64,000 nt of DNA from an uncultured Chloroflexia bacterium (GTDB taxonomy: Bacteria; Chloroflexota; UBA5177): positions 64,352-128,351 of the forward strand of contig CAVTRL010000006.1 of assembly GCA_963737125.1 (NCBI GenBank), given 5' to 3'. This document shows, piece by piece, positions 59,483-64,000 of the stretch. The notes beneath the pieces are model-generated. The model was not told the DNA's origin. It worked only from the letters and a program-made list of their open reading frames with translations, and searched no databases. The stretch's first letter is position 1; every line of letters starts with the position of its first letter. The position numbers and the translations under genes are program-made.

Positions 59483-60109
59483 ATGGCAAAAAAAGGCAAT
59501 CTGTCCGTTATCTGCGGCCCGATGTTCTCCGGCAAGTCACGAGAGCTCATACGCCTGATCCACATCGCGGAAATAGCGGGCCAGAAAACGGTCGTGTTCA
59601 AACCACGCATTGACACGCGCTATAGCCACAGTGATGTGTCGTCGCACGACGGCATCAAGAAAGACGCGCACGCCGTTGAAACAGCAAGCGAGGTATTATC
59701 GATCCTGGCCGGCTATGCTCACGTGCCTCAGGTCGTGGCGATCGATGAAGCTCAATTCTTCGACCGCGGCATCACCGCTGTCTGCCTGGGACTGGTCGAT
59801 CGGGGGCGACGCGTCGTCGTGGCGGGCCTCGATCGCAACTTTCGGGGCGAGCCATTCGGCAGCATGCCTGATTTACTGGCGTGTGCCGATGAAGTTCTCA
59901 AATTGCGTGCCGTCTGCATGCATTGCAAAGATCCCCGAGTGACGGCGACGCTGCCGCAACGGTTCGTCGACGGCCAACCAGCGCCGTACGATAGCCCGGA
60001 GGTCATGGTGGGCGGAGCGGAAGCGTACGAAGCACGCTGCCTCGACTGTCATGAAGTTCCAGGCAAACCGGACTATAACGCACTGTTCCAGGGAGTCCTC
60101 ATTGATTAA
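59483..60109 (+). CDS. tdk: Thymidine kinase
   Basis: GPMFSGKSRELI...VAIDEAQFF...C..C (zinc ribbon). Confidence 0.9.
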   Translation: MAKKGNLSVICGPMFSGKSRELIRLIHIAEIAGQKTVVFKPRIDTRYSHSDVSSHDGIKKDAHAVETASEVLSILAGYAHVPQVVAIDEAQFFDRGITAVCLGLVDRGRRVVVAGLDRNFRGEPFGSMPDLLACADEVLKLRAVCMHCKDPRVTATLPQRFVDGQPAPYDSPEVMVGGAEAYEARCLDCHEVPGKPDYNALFQGVLID

Positions 60110-60111
60110 CG

Positions 60112-60755
60112 TGAGTTCTAACGGAACGTCGCATAACAGCAATCGGCCGTGGCTCGTCCTGCTCTTGGGTGGGGCGAGCGGCGTGGGCAAGACTAGCATC
60201 AGCTATCAACTGGCACACCACTACCACATCGGCCTGACCGAGGTTGATGACTTTCAGGTAGTGCTCGAAGCGATGACGAGTCCGACGCAGTATCCGGTAC
60301 TGCATTTCTGGCGCACGCACCGAGCTGAGGCGTTGGCGATGACTGAGGATGAACGCCTGGATTTCATGCTTCGGTACGACCAGATAATGGACGATGCATT
60401 AACGCTTGTTATCGCGAACCATCTGGAAACATGCACGCCCCTCGTACTCGAGGGTGATTTCATCTTGCCGTCACTCGCCGTCAAGGAGCTATACGTTGAC
60501 GAACCGGCAAACGGCCGGGTGCGCGCCGTGTTTCTACATGAAGACAGCGAACAGCAGCTACGTGGCAACTTTCAGGCTCGTGAACATGAGGACCAGCCAG
60601 AGCGTGCCCGGGGGAGCTATCGACATAGCCAGTGGTTATACGCCGAGGCGCAGCGTCTCGGCGTTCCCACAATTCACGCGCGCCCCTGGGACACAGTGCT
60701 ACAGCGCGTGATAGCGACCATCGACACGGCGGACCAGATCGCAGTACAGCGGTAA
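60112..60755 (+). CDS. P-loop NTPase/kinase (2-phosphoglycerate-kinase-like)
   Basis: Walker A LLLGGASGVGKTSIS. A GTG start lies 3 nt after the tdk stop. Confidence 0.5.
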
Positions 60756-61001
60756 CGGCACTGCATGTTAACGTCTTTTGCTACACGGGGTGAGTTTGCC
60801 GTTGCCGGAAGATGTTGGGGTGCCTTCGCGTGATGCTGTGTGTGATCAAGTGCGGGAACTCCAGCTTATCGTCGCGCTGGAGTGTCAGCTCGTTCGCGCT
60901 GAGAACCTGCACGTCGACGAGCGCACGCTCCACATCTTCATCGCAGAACCACGCCACTCGTCACCGTGATCAGGAGTCCGGCTAGCGTTAAGCAACACGC
61001 C

Positions 61002-61289
61002 CTACACGCCCTCCACCAGGATCATCCGCGACTCGGCGGCGGCGTGACGAATCACCTTGGCCGCTTCGTATTCCGGTGAGTTCCACCAGATGCGAGCCTG
61101 TTCGGCCGTAGGAAACTCAATCACCACCACCCGATCCGGTTGCCAGTCACCATCCAACGTTTCGTGCCGGCCACCCCGAACGCGCCAGATACCGCCATAC
61201 TTTTCAGCCGCGGCAGAGGAGAGAGATCGATATTCTCGATATCGTTCCGGATCTGTGACGTGAATGTCGGCGATTACGAATGCGGACAC
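61002..61289 (-). CDS. DUF1330 protein
   Basis: 95 aa, MSAFVIADIHVTDPERYREY....VIEFPTAEQARIWWNSPEY matches the DUF1330 family pattern. Confidence 0.55.
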   Translation of the reverse strand: MSAFVIADIHVTDPERYREYRSLSSAAAEKYGGIWRVRGGRHETLDGDWQPDRVVVIEFPTAEQARIWWNSPEYEAAKVIRHAAAESRMILVEGV

Positions 61290-61299
61290 GGTGTTCCTC

Positions 61300-61851
61300 T
61301 CACTGGTGCCGAAATATAAAATAGAACATATTAATGAGAACCACTCCGATCATCACTGGAATGGACGCCGCCCCGCCGCCGGCCGCATTGAGAAGCGGAA
61401 TCGACAGAGCCATACTTCCCCCAACCACCAACACCGGTTCCGGAAAGTTGTGCGCGCCTCCGCCCTTGCCTCTGCGCCCACCCGACCGGGCGTCCGGCGG
61501 TATGCGGCGCGCGACTTCGTCATCCACTCTGGACGTGATCTGACCATCTAGATGAGTCAAAAACGACTCGATCAGATGATCTTCCATATCCGGGCCAAGC
61601 TCACGTCGCGCCTCGACGGAGGCTTTGAGCTCGGAAGTCAGGTCAGATTGCGTTCGGTTCGTGGGACGCGGCGCCTGTGCAACCCGCGTGACAGTGGCCC
61701 CACACGAGCTGCAGAACGCCGCCCCATCGACCACTTTAGAGCCACATGAGGTGCAATACACGGCAATAGGTTTCCTTGGATATCTCGACGTAACACACGG
61801 GGCGATGCAGGTAATGGATGGGCCTGATGTGCCGGCCCGGTACCAGCACAA
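61300..61851 (-). CDS. Zinc-ribbon membrane protein (hypothetical)
   Basis: CTSCGSK...CSSCG zinc ribbon, a charged linker and a C-terminal TM. The start is uncertain. Confidence 0.35.
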   Translation of the reverse strand: MCWYRAGTSGPSITCIAPCVTSRYPRKPIAVYCTSCGSKVVDGAAFCSSCGATVTRVAQAPRPTNRTQSDLTSELKASVEARRELGPDMEDHLIESFLTHLDGQITSRVDDEVARRIPPDARSGGRRGKGGGAHNFPEPVLVVGGSMALSIPLLNAAGGGAASIPVMIGVVLINMFYFIFRHQ

Positions 61852-61873
61852 CTAATCGCGGGCTAATAGTTCA

Positions 61874-62128
61874 ATGATATATTCCCGTCTGAAGGAGCGA
61901 TGCTTGAGCTCAATGTACGCGCAAGGAATATATACCATGGGTGATCAGTCGATTAGAACGCCAGCCATGTCGTTCGTTCTACGTCTCTGGCCAAGTGATA
62001 CGCCGGATCTAGAGATGCGTGGCGAGATCGAAAACATTCGCTCCGGCGAGAAACGCTTCTTTCGCGATCACCGTGGACTTCTAAAGCTGCTCGAAAGCTG
62101 GGTCAACGATCGGCAGGCGGCCAACTAA
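61874..62128 (+). CDS. Small hypothetical protein
   Basis: ORF followed by plus-strand terminators. No family recognised. Confidence 0.25.
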   Translation: MIYSRLKERCLSSMYAQGIYTMGDQSIRTPAMSFVLRLWPSDTPDLEMRGEIENIRSGEKRFFRDHRGLLKLLESWVNDRQAAN

Positions 62129-62178
62129 GAACCGAGAGATCGGCACGCCGCCGGGGCATCCCTGAACCATAACGCGGC

Positions 62179-62231
62179 GAGACCTCCGCACGCACCGTGT
62201 CAAGCACGGCACCTGCGCGGAGGTCTCTTTT
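62179..62231 (+). terminator. Rho-independent terminator (long branched hairpin + TTTT)
   Basis: GAGACCTCCGC...GCGGAGGTCTC followed by TTTTCG. Confidence 0.45.
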
Positions 62232-62234
62232 CGT

Positions 62235-62270
62235 GGCCGGCTCGGTTAACCGAGCCGGCCGGTTTTCGTA
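62235..62270 (+). terminator. Second tandem terminator hairpin
   Basis: GGCCGGCTCGG-TTAA-CCGAGCCGGCC followed by GGTTTTCG. Confidence 0.4.
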
Positions 62271-62332
62271 TCAATGGGCGGGACGACAGTCACGTTCGTC
62301 GGCGCCCAACATGTTGGTTTCCGGAAGCAGTT

Positions 62333-64000
62333 CTACGCACTTAGCGGGATTGGATCGTGCACGTCGACGCTCACCGCGCCATCCACCATGGAGAGCCGAG
62401 CTCGCCGGCCCGCCGTCAGCGCGCCGCTCAGCAGCGCGTCGGCCAGTGAATCGTCCACGTGCGTCTGAATCGCGCGACGCAACGGACGCGCGCCGTAGGC
62501 TTCGTCGTAGCCCTCGTCCATGAGGAAATCGCGTACGTCATCGGCGATCTCCAGATCTATCTGCTGTTCCAGCAAGCGGGTCTCAACTTGACGAAGCAGC
62601 AGGTCGACAATGGAGCGAAGGTGTTCGCGGTTGAGTGAGTCGAAGACGACAATCTGATCGATACGGTTGATGAACTCGGGACGGAACGCTCGCTTGAGGC
62701 CCTCCATCGCCTTGGATCGCATTTCGTCGTTCTCGCTCGCTTCTCCCAGGGCCAGGGCGAAGCCAATTCGAGCCGCGCGGCGCAAATCCGAACTCGCAAC
62801 GTTCGAGGTCATGATGACCACCGTGTTCTTGAAGTCGACGGTTCGTCCCTGGCCGTCGGTCAAACGGCCGTCGTCCATGATCTGCAACAGCGCATTGAAC
62901 ACTTCCGGATGTGCTTTCTCGATCTCATCGAACAGAACAACCGAGTACGGGCGCCGCCGAACCTGCTCAGTTAGCTGACCACCCTCGTCGTAGCCAACGT
63001 AGCCGGGAGGGCTGCCGAACAAGCGCGAGACGCTATGCGGCTCCATGAATTCCGACATATCCAGTCGAATCATGGCATCATCACCACCAAACAACTCGGC
63101 GGCGAGAGCACGCGCCAACTCGGTCTTGCCGACTCCAGTTGGTCCCAGGAACAGGAAGCTACCAATCGGGCGCTTCGGATCCTTGAGGCCGGCACGAGAA
63201 CGACGAATCGCTCGGGACACCGCGGCAATTGCTTCATCCTGTCCGACGACTCGGGCGTGAAGGTCCTGCTCGAGATTGATCAGGTTCTTTCGCTCCGACT
63301 CCAGCATTTGGGTGACCGGCACACCGGTCCAGTCCTCGACGATCCGCGCGATGAGGTGGGGTGTGACAATGAGCGGCTCAGCATCAGACAGCGTGCCGCG
63401 AGCTTCTTCGAGCTCTGACTGCACAACGATCTCCTGCTGTCGAAGCTGCGCGGCACGCTCGTACTGCTCGTCCAACGCGGCTTGCTCCTTCTGATGCTGA
63501 ATCGCCGCAAGCTTTTGCTCCAGCGCTGCCACGCCCTCGGGTCCCTGGCCGCTTTCGCTGGCATCGAGTCGCAAGGCGGAGGACGCTTCGTCAAGCACGT
63601 CAATCGCTTTGTCCGGCAGGAAGCGATCGTTGATATACCGATCCGACAGCATGACGGCAGCGCTCAGCGCTTCATCCGTAATGGTCACACCGTGATGTCG
63701 CTCGTACTCGGGACGAACCGCTACGAGCATCGCAATGGCTTCCTCGGGAGTAGGCTCGTCGACGAACACCGGCTGAAATCTGCGCTCCAGCGCCGCATCC
63801 TTTTCGATGTGCTTGCGATATTCATCCATGGTGGTCGCGCCGATACAGCGCACTTCGCCCCGTGCCAGGGCCGGTTTGAGCATGTCGGCCGCACCGACGG
63901 CGCCCTCGGCCGCGCCCGCGCCGACGACGGTGTGAAGCTCGTCGATGAACAGGATAACGTCCTCATTCTGTCGCACCTCGTCGAGAATCGCTTTTACGCG
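62333..64000 (-). CDS. Clp/Hsp100 AAA+ chaperone (ClpB/ClpC-type), C-terminal two-thirds (N-terminus outside window)
   Basis: NBD1 ILFIDELHT, sensor ERRFQ, a short middle coiled coil, and NBD2 [19 protein letters not shown]...[29 protein letters not shown]. Confidence 0.85.
   Translation of the reverse strand, partial: RVKAILDEVRQNEDVILFIDELHTVVGAGAAEGAVGAADMLKPALARGEVRCIGATTMDEYRKHIEKDAALERRFQPVFVDEPTPEEAIAMLVAVRPEYERHHGVTITDEALSAAVMLSDRYINDRFLPDKAIDVLDEASSALRLDASESGQGPEGVAALEQKLAAIQHQKEQAALDEQYERAAQLRQQEIVVQSELEEARGTLSDAEPLIVTPHLIARIVEDWTGVPVTQMLESERKNLINLEQDLHARVVGQDEAIAAVSRAIRRSRAGLKDPKRPIGSFLFLGPTGVGKTELARALAAELFGGDDAMIRLDMSEFMEPHSVSRLFGSPPGYVGYDEGGQLTEQVRRRPYSVVLFDEIEKAHPEVFNALLQIMDDGRLTDGQGRTVDFKNTVVIMTSNVASSDLRRAARIGFALALGEASENDEMRSKAMEGLKRAFRPEFINRIDQIVVFDSLNREHLRSIVDLLLRQVETRLLEQQIDLEIADDVRDFLMDEGYDEAYGARPLRRAIQTHVDDSLADALLSGALTAGRRARLSMVDGAVSVDVHDPIPLSA

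Noticed and set aside
62333-64000. Calling the Clp ATPase specifically clpB
   Set aside because: The middle coiled-coil between the NBDs is short (~75 aa), which fits ClpC-type as well. With the N-terminus outside the window, I left the subfamily open.

Overview
This is a 64 kb high-GC (~62%) chromosomal segment with no transposases, integrases or CRISPR arrays. Gene content points to a Gram-positive-type high-GC lineage (Actinobacteria or Chloroflexota-like): F420 biosynthesis (cofD), pdxST, DprA, ClpP, an Flp pilin, and a CysO-type sulfur carrier. It is mostly housekeeping and accessory metabolism. Recognised genes include the ftsZ 3' end, a membrane HD-GYP phosphodiesterase, pdxS-pdxT plus a MocR regulator, tRNA-Pro(GGG), cysC with cystathionine beta-synthase, an ECF sigma/anti-sigma pair, clpP, a maltodextrin uptake locus with two GH13 enzymes, psuG/psuK, adk, tdk, a frameshifted recQ, and the clpB/clpC 3' end. 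Stress genes present are Hsp20, OsmC, a BON-domain protein and an SRPBCC protein. The stand-out feature lies in the 1 kb gap between a divergent MFS transporter and cofD: five perfect tandem 82-bp units. Each unit carries a GGAGGAGG ribosome-binding site and a 19-codon ORF (MT[H/Y]FAIDWIDTGKAKDWLG). The array sits between a sigma70-like promoter with operator-like palindromes and a rho-independent terminator. It looks like a self-contained, regulated multi-copy micropeptide cassette with no recognisable processing enzyme nearby. Secondary points are a CysO-like GG-terminal sulfur carrier followed by a BNR-repeat propeller protein, a 550-residue cysteine-rich secreted orphan, a CorA-like channel with GTS in place of GMN, and an orphan Flp pilin.
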